DNA from: Antedon mediterranea
Lineage: Eukaryota; Animalia; Echinodermata
Assembly: GCF_964355755.1 (NCBI RefSeq)
Contig: NC_092680.1
Coordinates: forward strand, 7,750,001 to 7,814,000
Direction of reading: 5' to 3'
Length of the DNA stretch: 64,000 bases
Shown: one piece after another, positions 1 through 13,518 of the stretch
How positions within the stretch are numbered: position 1 is the stretch's first letter
Layout: each line of letters begins with the position of its first letter
Position numbers and translations under genes: made by a program
The notes under the pieces: model-generated
Databases searched by the model: none
What the model was told of the DNA's origin: nothing
Seen by the model: only the letters and a program-made list of their open reading frames with translations

Positions 1-346
1 ATATAACATTAATGATTTCATTAATGAAATCCAAATCCATTCCGCCTGTTAAATATTTCCGTACTGCTAGAGAGGAAAACACACTTTTAAAAAGCTATTT
101 TACAATGAAAAAAATACAAGCCTTCTTAGTCTGTAGTAGTAAATAATGTTATTTAATTGTTGTATTGCATAATTCCAATGATCAGTGATCTTTCCTGACT
201 AGCCTCTTCTTGGATAACTGACATTGATCTTTTTCATCCAGGTCTGTCTTACTGGAAAGGTCAAAGGTAAATAGTTCTATGTGAAGCATTATTTTCTCGT
301 ATAGGAAAGATCGATATTTGCCCCGCATACATTTAACGCGCGGTAA

Positions 347-523
347 GGCAAATTTACACAGACGAGCGGCGGTAACGGTAAGCTGAAAACCGCACGTAGA
401 ATCTGTATCTATACTGAGCAGAAACCGTCCGTCCGGTCCGCGGTGTGTGTAAATGGTCGTATAGGAATAACATAGATTCTATATTATTGTATTACCGTTA
501 CCGCTCGTCTGCGTAAATTGGCC
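347..523. mobile_element. MITE family A (PIF/Harbinger-like), copy 1
   Basis: TIRs GGC(A/C)AATTTAC(A/G)CAGACGAGCGG, TAA on the left flank; homologous copies at 22147-22304 and 52294-52479. Confidence 0.8.
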
Positions 524-813
524 AGTATGGTCATGGTACTATGTAATTGTTACAGTTCATACGTGATACGGTATATTGTAAGTTGTACAGTGGGTTCCGG
601 TAATGGTGGTTTAATACGTTGTATTCACTCGTCTTCGGATTCCATTTGGTAAATGATCATACGATAAAAATTAAATGCCATATGCTTTTAACAAGTCACT
701 GTACATGTTCTTTCACGCCTACTTAACGATCATCAGACAACTAAATGCTATAATAAATGTGTTTCTATTTTTTAAAGTGCTGCAGGTTTAATACATTGCA
801 TTTCGTTTTCTAA

Positions 814-994
814 AGGGTCTTTCACACCTGTTCCGGCACGGTTCCGGTCCGGCGAATCGAACATCAATGTTTCGTTTTCACGCGGCTATGCGCCAATCGA
901 TATGCGCGTAGCCGCGTGAAAACGAAACATTGACGTTCGATTGGATTTTCCGGCGCCGGACTGGAACCGTGCTGGAACAGGTGTGAAAGACCCT
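814..994. mobile_element. Near-perfect palindromic MITE (PIF/Harbinger-like)
   Basis: AGGGTCTTTCACACCTGTTCC...GGAACAGGTGTGAAAGACCCT, folds back over almost its whole length, TAA on both flanks. Confidence 0.85.
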
Positions 995-3900
995 TAATGC
1001 TGTATTTGTGGGACGGTGATCATCGCCGTGTACAGCCATAATAGAAGCTTCCATCATTCCAAGGCTATTATAAAAACCCAACTTTCTTTATATTTTGTAT
1101 GAGCGACACTATTGAACCACCGTACAAACCGACGGGTCAGAAAAATAAATTCCAGATAAGTGGGCATACGTATCCGATTCTGCAGCTGTCACAAGGTAGA
1201 CCTTAACCGACTGTTGACAGTCATCTAGATACGAGTCTATTTTCAATTAATGTTGCCCTTGTTACTAGGTTCGTACTGTATGTAGAGGTAAAACCGTATA
1301 ATGCCTATAGAGGGACACTGTTAGGCTTATTTTAACCAGGTATTTCACGCGGCGTTCTAAATCCCCTCCCCTCACTCCACTTTTATTTATTCGTATTCAT
1401 CAATTAGTTAAGATTATATTGGCCGTATTTTGGATAGGTCTTCGAAAAAATTAAAATTGTAAGCCTACCAGGGAAGAGTGAAAATTTCACTCTTTTTCCC
1501 TGATTGTACAGTCAAAAGCGTAACCGCTTCCTAGAACAAAGATACAAAATGGAAGAAAAAATGAACAGACAGACCGACAGTCATAATGAAGTACACGTAC
1601 TGGAAGGTTCAACTGTATGTTAATGTATTAAATGTTTATGCTTATGTTTGGCCCACCCCATTTATGCCTCTCATAGTACTGGCATCGTTTTTCTACGTTT
1701 ATTGGTCTCATTTTTAACATTTTGAAATCGAGTAATCAAGGTAAACGACTATAATATATAAAGCCATGTCGTTTAGGGATTTAGTTTTTATTTGATCATC
1801 CGCAGTCTATATTAGCTGGCGATTTATGCATGGGATTGCCTTCAAATATACGTCTTTTATTATACTTTCATTAACCTACTCCTTATGTCACATATATTCA
1901 TAATTTATTTCAGATTATTTTAGTAGCAAACTAATATAAAATAGTTAAATCCTTAGCTTTTCCTTTGAGTTACAATATAGTGAATATTTGAGGTCAATGT
2001 TGTGACCTGACAGTATTTTATTCATATGGTCGAAGTTATATAATTTAATAAATATACAAACATAGCCTTGATTTATTTTAATATTATTATTATTAATATT
2101 CCTGTCAATCATCATTTATGTAGTATGGTTTTTGTGAAAATACAACAAAGTATATTATAGGCCTACACATTAGAACAATCGGCGTCATAACGCATAGCAA
2201 CTGAAAAAGTCAGCTAGACGAAATAGTCTTGCAAACGTAACATTACTGGTTTACTACCAAGGAACTACATATCAATATACTATCGAAACCCAAAGAAATG
2301 TTTTCACATTAGAACATGTTGATTGTTTATGCTGGTATTTAATCAACTCTACCAGCAAGGCCGATTATATCATATTAAATTTCAATGATACCGGATATTA
2401 GATTTAAATTGTAAAAACAAAATGCAAACAAAATATATATTTCACTCGCACCAATAAAAAATGCGCTGAAAGCGTCCCATAGTATCTGTGATCGGCATTC
2501 CTTGTTGACATCATTATACTACAGTTACTGTATCACAGAAACGCAAATTCTATTTTTTCAAGTACATTGTTCCATGCCGTATTTATAAAACCATTAGTGA
2601 CTAAATAAACATCGTATTTTTCGCCCTATTTCCGGTTGTTGCCTATCCTCAGAAAGCGCGGAACTTTAAAATGAGTTAACTTCGCGGTGCTGGCCGTTGT
2701 ATTTGGTAAGTACGATCGACCATGGGTTATTGTTTAGACTACTAGACATATTTGTAATTAATAACAATATATAAATACTATAATAACAATGTTAAGTTTA
2801 TATCATTTAATATTGAAATTCTATTATTTCTGGCGTAAGCCGTCTTTTCCCACGATCCGTCTCTTCCGATCCATGATCCGCCTGACTGTAGGCCTAAACC
2901 ATTTCAATAGTGATTTTGATTCCTCCTGGTCACAATTCGCACCACCGAGTTCAACTCACAAACTCACTGGCCACAACCATTTTCACTATAGGCCTAGGCC
3001 TACCATTTACATTTACGTAGGCCTAACCTGCAATATTTTGACGTCGTTTTGGTATTAATTGGATACATTTTGTCAATGTTCAGGAGAAACAGTTGCGTAC
3101 TGGGCCTTTTAATTCAAATAAACTCATGTCATTGCAAACATCTAATTCGCCATCTTGGGTCTGAGGATAATGGAATTGATAATTTGAAGAAGAACCCATA
3201 AAGACGTTAATAAATACATTGTCTGCATTGTAAAACAGCAGTATCATTCACAATAGCACTAATGAAGTACTTACAGTGAAACAGAAATGTAGGTCTGATG
3301 TATTTGAAATAAACCCACAGTAATGGTACGATAACAGTTGTATTCTAAATGCGCATGCGCATTTCTGTACGATTTAATTGATTTTCGAACATCATGTATT
3401 AGAGGCTAAATACTATGACCTTTAACGTTGTAGCACTTCTAGTAATACAGTTCTGTAAGTAATAGTAATGTTTATAGACCAATAATGTTCATAGTTTACT
3501 ATTAATATCTAAGATGTTATAACAAATAACATTTGAATGACGTGTTTATATAGTCGTATTGATTAAGTGGTTCCTTTCATAAATAACATCCCATGCTTTT
3601 TTATTCAATGAAATTTTAAAATTACTTTCTATATTGTTTATAATACGAAGTTGGAAGGAGGAATTATAATTGAGAAATGCGTAACGGAAAAGCAAGCGAA
3701 TTACAAAGTTTGGAGCTCTTTGTTTTATAATTCGGTCCTGAGTGCATATTTAATTCTTTCAAACTACCATTTAGTGTAGCTAAAAGCAAAACAATATTTA
3801 TTATGATAGATTATTAATTTCATAACGGGATTGCTCACCATTAATTACTTTAATCCGAGATACCATAGTTTACTGACTAGCAAAGGTAAAATTAAATTTA

Positions 3901-4446
3901 GCTTTTCTGCATGTTCACATTCTTTCTTAGTTGATTGTACACTTCATTGATTCCTGGTGATCTAATATTCTCGGATCAATGTTTATTAATTCAACTCTCG
4001 TTTTACTTATGATTGACAATTATCCGATGTTACAACATTGGTACCTCATGTGAGCTATTCTATCTCTGACGTCAACTAGTTCCTACGCTGTAATCGCGTT
4101 ACATTAGTGAACTTATCAGTTGGATTTACAGATCCAAGTTGTTCCGAATCAGGGCAGTTTATCAACTGAAGCCCATCAATATTATATTATTTTCGTCATA
4201 GTCTATCACCATCTAATCTTTCTCTTGCTCACACCATTTACTGTCATAATGTTCTTTCTCGTTAAAGTTCAAAGTTCATCATTAATTTTTTTTGTTATAG
4301 TTGATATCTAATCATTATCAACGTTGTGATCAATATTAACATGATCGTTCAACATTAACTATTAACTTAACATTAGCAATATTCAACTTTTATACAGATA
4401 CAGGACAGTTCATCAAAGTGAAGCAACTTATATGCTAATTCAGCAG

Positions 4447-5040
4447 TATCATCATCCTCAGATTATCATGATGATGATGATGATCATCATCATCGTCATC
4501 ATCATCATCATCGTCATCATCATCATCATCGTCATCATCAGATTATCATCATGATTTTCATCAGATTATCATCTATATCATTCATCGTTCATCTTTCTCC
4601 ATCATAGCCATCGCATACCATTATATAATTATATACAATCCTCATCATCATCTGACATCATCATCATCATCAGATTATCATCATCATCTACCATTATCTT
4701 CATCGTAGCCATCGCATACTATTATATAATTATCTTGTATACAATCATCATCTGACATAATCATCATCATAAGATTATCATCATCAGATTATCATATAAC
4801 ATTATCTAAATCGTAGCCATCGCATACTATTATATAATTATCTCGTATGCAATCATCATCTGACATCATCATCATCATAAGATTATCATCATCAGATTAT
4901 CATATAACATTGTTCTGCATCGTAGCCATCGCATACCATTTTATAATTATCATTTATACAATCACCATCATCATTTGACATCATCATCATCATCATCTGA
5001 CATCATCATCATCATCATCGCATTTATCATCTGGCATCAT
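4447..5040 (+). repeat. (ATC)n-rich tract with higher-order ~110-bp units
   Basis: ATC runs interleaved with about four copies of CATC(G/A)TAGCCATCGCATAC...TATAATTAT. Confidence 0.85.
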
Positions 5041-6645
5041 TCGCATTGCATGTAACTTTCATCATTTATATAAATCGTCACGATCGTTCTCCATCATTAT
5101 CACATGAACCATCGTTGTCATTTTGTAGTCATCACGAACGTGTTATATCATTCAAAATTGCATGTCATTAATAATTATCGTCGTTCTCGCTAATAAATTG
5201 AGACCAGGGCTTTTATCAATCTTTTTGGTTAAGTCAAAATAGTTATGATAATAAAAATATTTGTATCTGTCCTTTTTTGGCCTCACGTTTAATCTGAACC
5301 TATAGGTGATCAGTTAGTTTCCTAACGTAATAACCAAAACGTAAAGGGATATTGTAAGAAATATTTCTTGTTTATTAATTCTCATAATGAATACTAACTA
5401 TGATGAAATAATTTGATTGACAAGGGCAAGCGCGGTTGAGTTCAAATCAAAGTGGACATCAATTCAATTAATATCTATTGATTTGTTTCTGATGAAGCTT
5501 TTCACCGCGAGGACAAACCTCAAATCTCAAATTGCCCATCTGTTTCATAAAAATCCAATGCCATCTTATAAACTGGTGGTAAATAGTTATTGTTAAAATC
5601 TACATTGTAATATTTTGTTTAGAAAATACTCGCACTAAGGTAAAAATATGTACAAAAAAATTATTAAGCCACTAATTCGTTGTTCTGGTCTATAAAGTGA
5701 GTTCCTGTTACCGAGGTTTGTTCATGGTTCATTGTTAGAATTAATATTACATTCATAAAATAGACAAATTTTGATAGACATACACTATTAAAGTAGATGG
5801 GGAGTTCCCCACCGGTTGTAGTGATGTAATTGTTTTTGTCTGGCATGTATATACTGTACAATGGTTACCAAACAGACAAGCACCCGCTTATTTTTGTATA
5901 CTATTGAATATTGTAAATATAATTGTGAATTGTCAAAAATAATGTTTTACAAATATATATACAGTATTTTTAAACTTGAAAATATAAACTAGGAAGACGT
6001 GAGATTAATGAATATTATTAATTATTATTATTGTTATAAAAATTAATCAATTTTCCTTTGAGTATTGTAACAGAAACTGCTGATAACCACAATTGCTCAA
6101 ATACATTAGATTGTAACATTGCTGTTAAATTTATTGTAATGCTCAATCGTGCAGACTAAATGATTAATAGTTTGTGAACTGCATTTCAGAATTCAAAATG
6201 TAGAACATTTCTATATTTTCCCTGCATTTTCAAATCTTTTTCTACCGGATACAGTATAATGTTTAATATCAGATGTCAGCCTCGTTGATTGATTCCATCA
6301 TATTGCATCGGTGTTTCTATAAATATTGCACCTCTCATGATCAAGACAGTGTATTATATTGACATGTTTATTGGTGTATTAAAGTATGGAGTTTAAATGT
6401 TTCGGTACGCTGAGTTTGATACCCGTGTCTGCCTGTATGTCTTTGTGCTCATGTAGCTTATACGTAATATTGTTACACAGTTTAATGTGGCTTATTTCCA
6501 GTATGTTATGAAAAATTTCCTGAAATTGTAGCCATACATTTTTGTTTGTTTCAAAATGTAAAAAAAAGAAGAAAACCATACGTTAGATAAGAGAAAAAAG
6601 AACTTTGTAAAATCTAAGATTAAATGTAAGCCATAAAACTATTAA

Positions 6646-6978
6646 AGATGTATTGTCACCCTGAAAAAATAATTTTTAAACATTTTTTAGGTTAAATATG
6701 CAATTTTAATGTTACATAATAGTTATTCACTTTACCAAAAATTTGATTGAAAAAATAAATATTTACATGAAAAAACTAAAATTTAAAGCAAAAAATATTC
6801 AAATTGGCTGCCAGCCAATTGGTTTTTGGTTACATTTAACCATTTATTTTGTCTTTTTATAAGTCAAAACATCATTTTTTCTTCTATGAAAGTGCCTAAC
6901 TTTAATAAAGCTGCAAAATATTTAAAGTCTGCATTTATTAATCTTTATTTTTTATGTTTTTGGGGGACAAATACATCT
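6646..6978. mobile_element. TTAA-flanked non-autonomous DNA element (Kolobok-like)
   Basis: TTAA|AGATGTATTGTCACCC ... GGGGACAAATACATCT|TTAA; termini start with AG rather than the CCC of piggyBac. A left-end fragment recurs near 61385-61416. Confidence 0.7.
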
Positions 6979-7389
6979 TTAATAAAGTGGTAATTGTAAT
7001 ACTAATATGCCTGCAATAAGACCAAAACAATTCATAAATCATTATAAGACGTACGTCTGGGTCTTGTTTACATACTGACAGAGAAGTTTATTTGCCACTG
7101 TGTTAGACTATAGAGAACTCCATGGTAAACACTTGTACAGTACAGTACACGTAATTATACCATACTAGCCTTGTTTATTGATGATGGCAGCTAATGCTTA
7201 CTTCAATTTGACACCAAAATAATATGGTAGCAACTTTATGATTCAGTGAAAATATGCTGGTCTATGCTTGACTGAAACGCTTAAAATGACATACAAAACA
7301 ACGTGTAATTAAATGTACTGTTAGGCATAGTTTCCTGTGTCATTACTCTTTCAAATTACTACTTTCCCGATATTTACTCCCATTGTATT

Positions 7390-7674
7390 TAGAACCCCTA
7401 ATTTAGGACACCCCCCCCCCCCCCCCAGTTCAGAAAATATGAAACCAACGAGGGAAAATATGTACCCTGCATGCAGCCAACTTGTTTGAAAAAAAATGTG
7501 ATGTGCCCAAATAAGGTAGTAATATGCATAAATATGGTAGTGATGACATCATCATCACATTTTCTTGTCACATGAAGTTTGATAGTGTAGACAGAGCTTT
7601 AGATATTGACTGCGGGGTTGATGGACACTGTGTTGGGTCCTTGAATGTGTCCCCTTATCAATAGGGGTTCTACT
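7390..7674. mobile_element. Degenerate Tc1/mariner-like MITE (family D) with a nested family C fragment at 7479-7598
   Basis: TAGAACCCCTA...TAGGGGTTCTACT termini; the inner segment matches family C (GTGATGTGCCCAAAT...GTTTGATAGTGTAGACAGAGCT). Confidence 0.6.
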
Positions 7675-8320
7675 TCTCATGCTGGTTTGTGTCGATGGAC
7701 TAGAAATTAGATTAGAATATAAAATGATTGATTGAACATACTATGATTACTACTACACAGTACTTACGGTAGTTTTGCATCGAGCCATCGCTATTGAGTT
7801 CTACTAAGTGATGTTGTGTTCATTATCTAGTTGAGACTCTAGTTGCAATACAGACGTTGGGGGAGTATAGAAGTCATTATGTTAGATATCTATTCAAATT
7901 TTCAATTTAAAATAATTCATCTATTTTTAGGCGAGTGTATTATTATTTGTATCCGATCATTTTCTTGTGACCTGACAACATTTTAATTAATTTTCACCTT
8001 CATTTGAATTACAAAACGCTCAAGCAGGCCAGCTCTCTCTTTTTATGTCTCTAAATAATGACCCTAACATTCATCATACACTTATTAATTTGCATAACGT
8101 TACACGGTTTACAGTGTACACTTCTTTCGATACAAATTTATTTAAATTATTATGAAGTTTATAAAAACACAGTATTGAATGTTGTATGTTTAGTGTTTAT
8201 TCCCTGCTATCAATGTAGTCATTGCGCATGGTCATGTTAAAATGCATTCTGGGAAGTACGGATGTTAGATATTTATAAATACTTCTACTGTCTGTGTTTT
8301 ACACGGTACTGGTAACAGGC

Positions 8321-9092
8321 TGGGCGCGTTTATACAACACGCTATTACACGCATATTCTACACGCCTACGAAAAGTGTGTTGTATAACAACAAAGAGATT
8401 CCGTGTAATGAGATTTTAATTGCAAAAAAGGCTACTTGGCTGAATCCTAAAATTTGGTGGATTCCCGGTCGCCGTTACCGTGTTGGAAGTGTCCTCAGGG
8501 TATATTTTGACCTCTCGTTAAATTAGGTCGTAATATCAATCATGTCATGCGACATTGCTAACAAGATTGGGCCCATTTATTGCTTCTTCGCTGCCAGCAA
8601 TCATCCTCCTACCACGTCTTTTACGCCTAGCCTAGTGGGGCCAACTCGTAGTGGTAGGCCTAGTAGGCCTCTATCGTTTCCCACTCCAAACAGAATAAAA
8701 AATAACATCGCAAAAATGGCATCTTCTTCCATAGTGTATAGATGAAACAATGAAACCCTTAAAATAACTTTTATTAATTTAAATGAACCGAGAACAAAAT
8801 AAACAACAATGCAAACGTGAACGAATACAACAATAAAAATGGTAAAAACCGCCCGAATACATCGGACAGCGAGGAGGCGACGATGATTGTTGACAACTCA
8901 GCCAATTCAAGCGCGATCAACGATTTGACCTTTTATCCTAGCATGCACTGCGTGTTGATGAAACTTCCGGTATAACACGGTATCGTGATTTCTAGTATAA
9001 CAGCAAACGTTAAGGTGGGTTGACCTCGGTCCGAACAACACGCTAAAAATTAAAGCCGTGTTCAAATTTAGGGTGTTGTATAAACACGACCA
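8321..9092. mobile_element. ~770-bp non-autonomous DNA transposon relic
   Basis: Inverted repeats TGGGCGCGTTTATACAACACGCT and AGGGTGTTGTATAAACACGACCA around a GC-richer interior; target duplication not resolved. Confidence 0.6.
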
Positions 9093-9799
9093 TATGGGTC
9101 ATTAATGTTATTATGCAATTTATTCTTTTGTAATTGTTTTCACGGCACATCAAAATGATGAATATTAATTGTACTGTATATACCATATTTCTATAGCATA
9201 GGCACCTGGGAAGATGAATCGTCCCTGGGCATACCAAGTCAACATTGCTTCCAGCTTGTGTCTGGTTTTAAAACGAAATATAACATGTCTTCTTCTCTTA
9301 CAACTATTAATTATATAACATGAAACATAGACTCATCATATTCGAAGAATGAAAAGAAGAAACTCATCTCCGTCACGAATGTTAAACGAATGACTTGGTT
9401 GAGTGTAACCATGCTCACAACATGACATTTAACGTGGGCGGACATGGTGAAGAAGTACAACGCTGACTGCATACGAGAAGCCTTATCTAGTCTACATCGG
9501 ACATCTTATTAACATAATTATTTCAGAATCTCTGAATGGGTCGATTGCATTCACGATAAGATGGCTTATAACTTTAATATCGTATCCATATACACATTGA
9601 AAAGACAAATTCAGACCAGCACATTGTGATGTAAATTACAGGACTGATAGACCTAAACCGTAAAGGTAATCAGCCAGCGAAAAATGCCAAGCCTGCATGG
9701 AACATTACTCTTCGTTCTATACCAAAAATTGTCGCCTGAACTTGGCTTATTCATTATTACAGTCCCTGCCCGACAATATATAGCTATATAATTGAGGTA

Positions 9800-9968
9800 T
9801 ACTAGAATCCATATATTAAGGGAACACCTTTGGATGAAGTGTCCCCTGAATAGAGGGATTGGCTGAGTGTTAAATATTTATATATTGCTGCTCATTCGTT
9901 TCAATGGAACGTGTCCGCTCAATAGGGGTGTCACCTGAATACAAATTTCCCAAATAAGGGGTTATACT
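9800..9968. mobile_element. MITE family D (Tc1/mariner-like), degenerate copy
   Basis: Shares AAGGGA.CACC, GTGTCCCCTGAATAGAGG and the AGGGGTT.TACT end with 10451-10603 and 28418-29627. Confidence 0.55.
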
Positions 9969-10450
9969 AAGAGATTTTAATAAGCATTTTCTTATTGGTA
10001 TAGTAATATAATGAATAGGAAAATAGATGGGCGACTTAATATCATTCATCATAATTTCGGTTCATCTATCTATTAACTTACTAACTTTATCTTATCAGGT
10101 CATTTAATCAACATATTAATAAGCATATACATTTGCATACGGTATTGTTCGCCTGTATTATATTATTATAATGATATAGCCAAAGCTTATTGCTATACAA
10201 ATGCATGATTAAAGTGCTTATCAAGGCCATATTACTATTATGACATGAGATGTTTACTGCTTCACATCCGGGTACTTTCTCGGACCTTATTGAACATTGA
10301 TTGTAACATTGCAACAGATTGGTTCAGGAATATCTACTTTATGAATTTGTTATTGACCCAGAAGGTGTATACTGTATCAGTAAGTTATTTCTACATAGAT
10401 AAAATAATTTGTACAACCTCGTTTAATCTATTAAACGTATTCCTCTGGTA

Positions 10451-10603
10451 CAGTAGCCCCTATTATTAAGGGACGCATTTGGGACCTAGCAAAGTGCCCC
10501 CTCAATAGGGATTGGCCGTATTGTTAAAACATGCATTTACCCTCGTTCGTGTCCGAGGCAAGTGTCCTCTCAATAGTGGTGTCCCAAAAGAGGTTTTCTA
10601 CTG
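10451..10603. mobile_element. MITE family D (Tc1/mariner-like)
   Basis: TA|CAGTAGCCCC ... GGTTTTCTACTG termini and internal GTGTCC.CTCAATAG repeats. Confidence 0.65.
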
Positions 10604-13422
10604 CAATTGTAATATAAATATGATTGATTGTGAAACAACCATGATAGTACGCATAATGGTTATTTGTATTTCATAGATAGTACATGCTTAGAATTAATGA
10701 TTGAACCCATTAATAAAACCGACGCTTGATGAGCACCGAACCTTGCCCATCTCAGGGGCTCGTTTTTAATACAATGTGTCTAGCTAAATAACACATTTAA
10801 GCTTCAAGACATTTCTAGTTATAATATCACTTTACAAATTGTTGGTTTATGAGCGGATAACAACACAAATGGTTGTTTAAGTCTATCAATCTCAGTGCAC
10901 ATATTCCCCGGACTATACAATACAAACGATTATGTTATGTGCCAAGACATCTTTCTTTGAGATTACACCTGGTGGATTTACAGTTCTTCAACATCAATGT
11001 TCATTATGTCATTAGTTTTGCTGTTTTATAATGTCATGCTTTGTTCATTTCTGTTTATTATGTCAAGTATGTATTGTAAACTTGTGTGTAGTACATAATG
11101 TATAATCACTAAAGTTTTGTTACACTGTAATTTATATTTGTATAATTCCCTCTATGTCAATAGATTAAAATATCTTGACAATACTGTAACATTTTGGTTT
11201 GTTCACGCTGATTTCTTCCATCAAAGCTTCGTTGACCCCAAGATGTTTAACTTTTTTTTTAGTAACGTTGATTGTTTTGACTGGAAGTGTTGCATGAATC
11301 CTTTGTTCCGTTTTATAATTTGTCATATATTTCAATGATAGGCCTGTTATTAATTGTTGTTTAATATAGGAAATTAATTGTAATATTGCCTTTTAGTTGG
11401 AATGATTTCGCAATAATGCAGGTAGTTTTAGGCCTTTAAGACTACCACAAAATGTCCTTGTTTTAACGACTCCATCCATTGAATATCAATTTGTTTGCCT
11501 TAGACACTGTATGCCTAATAAACATAAAAAGGTGTATTGGCAGACTTATTTATATTTTGAATTATAATGTTTTAATTTAATTTAAAAAAATCAAATTCTG
11601 ATTTCCTAACTGTTATTATTTAGGTCTTTGTTTTCACGACGCTCTACTCGACGCAGCTTTCGAGTCGAAAATTCATTCTGCGTATTCTCAGAAGTATATG
11701 AGCATGCGCGGGATGAATGTTAACTGCATAGTGGAAACTTGAACCCGTAACCTCTCCTTATGTAGGTAATTACCATGCGACTGAATTCTAGAGGGGCCTA
11801 TTAGTATTGTTAAATATATATCCCCCCAGACACACACTTTCTTTATATGCCTATACGCATTATATTCATACTAAGCGATAGACAATTGTAGCTGAATGTC
11901 AACGGACATCATAAATGTAAATAATATTCAAATCACATAATATTCGAATAATGTAGCACAAGTGAACTTAAGAAAAATGTTAAAAACATTGTATGAATAT
12001 GATATTCTCATCTTAACTAACATAAAAAATATATCAAATTCCTTATGATCTTATTGATGTTTTACGAGTAACAATTGCACGTCCTTCCATCCAGTTCATG
12101 CAATGATGCATGGTAGTTTGAAATTATTATTAGTATCATCATAATCATTAACAACGTGTGCAACTTAATTAGCTAGATATAATAATGCGAATGACATGTC
12201 GTAATTCGTGTTTCACGTAGCATCACTGTCATTTGTGTGTCGTCGCATCAGTTGTCAACCCAGGCGTCAAATACAAGGCAGGGATATTAACACGTTGTGC
12301 ATATCTACCAGGCCTACTTATTTTTTTAACTATACTATTCCTAATATATGTGTATTTAGTAATCTAAATTCTATCAGTGGACGTGATGATTCTAACACAG
12401 TATTGCGAGTGTTTAATTAAAGGGTGGTTCCTTTTTATACTTTAATCGGAATGCATCATTAAAAAAAATTGATCGATTATCAATCGCAATGCCAACACTT
12501 GAAAGACTATACTATAGTATTATTTAGTACCCCTGGTCATCAGAATCCGTATCTTTATTTTTATAATTAATATCGTATCATTTACATTTTTTCCCCTTTC
12601 TCATCAAGTGGAATTATCAATATAATATTAATATCTCACCGTACTATTGTTGATAATTAATATTTATAAAAAAAAAATGTTATTTAAAACATATTTATAC
12701 AGGATAACATAATTCAGAAATAAGATAGTGCAACTGGTGTATGGTAATGTTTAAAATGTACACAGTATATGAACGGACGGTTGATGACGATGATAAGGCC
12801 TCATTGAGCATTTCAAGACACAACCCTAACTGGCCTTCCGCATGTAATTATCGTTGACGTTGCCAGTAGTCCACGCCAAATTGCGAGGTGTCATCCTTGC
12901 ATAGTTATGAAAAATGATATGACTCTTGTGAACGAACATATAGTCGTACTCATGTGCACATATAATGCACAAAATCGTTATTTTCACATGCAGCCTACTA
13001 ATGTATTCTATAATTGTTCGCCTTTAGATATATACTCTTAAATAAGAGATAAATGTATAAGAAATAGACAGGGCAGTGGTGCAGATAATAATCATAATAA
13101 ATACCTACATTTCATTATTCATTGCATTGATCATCTACTGTATCACTCAGGTGTATTCATTTGTTTCCCTGCCCACTCTGAACAATTCAGTATTTAGTTT
13201 CTTCTGTTTTTCTTATTTTGTTTGTATTTTCTAATATATTGTTACATAGTTTATAAAATGTGCATCTCACATTTGCCATGGTGGCAAAGAAATCAGTCTT
13301 ATACATATCGTACTTGACAGTATAGTCCGATCTAGATCCACACTGGGTGCCGTTAATAGTCATCACCAGAAAAACTGTTTTTGTTGATGTTAGACTTAAT
13401 GTTGTGTTTTTCTTCTTTGCAG

Positions 13423-13518
13423 AGTTCACCGTATTCAACAATCCTTAAGTCTTTAATCAGTTTATCAACAGTGGTGCTGTTAGTTCTTATAGTAATGTAT
13501 CATTGCAGAGAAATTAAG
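13423..13518 (+). CDS. KCNN: KCNN exon (S2 segment), [32 protein letters not shown]
   Basis: ttgcAG acceptor and GTAAGC donor, 96 nt, phase 0-0; matches the SK S2 motif LISLST...YH.REI. Confidence 0.92.

Noticed and set aside
878-1081. Short ORFs such as 878-1081, 22008-22346, 35104-35370, 48045-48269 and 49729-49936
   Set aside because: They overlap MITEs, SINEs or the Helentron-type element and show no protein-family motifs or splice support.
1-13422. First coding exon of KCNN (N-terminus and S1)
   Set aside because: I found no reading frame with the expected KRLSDYAL-like S1 motif; it is presumably upstream of the window.
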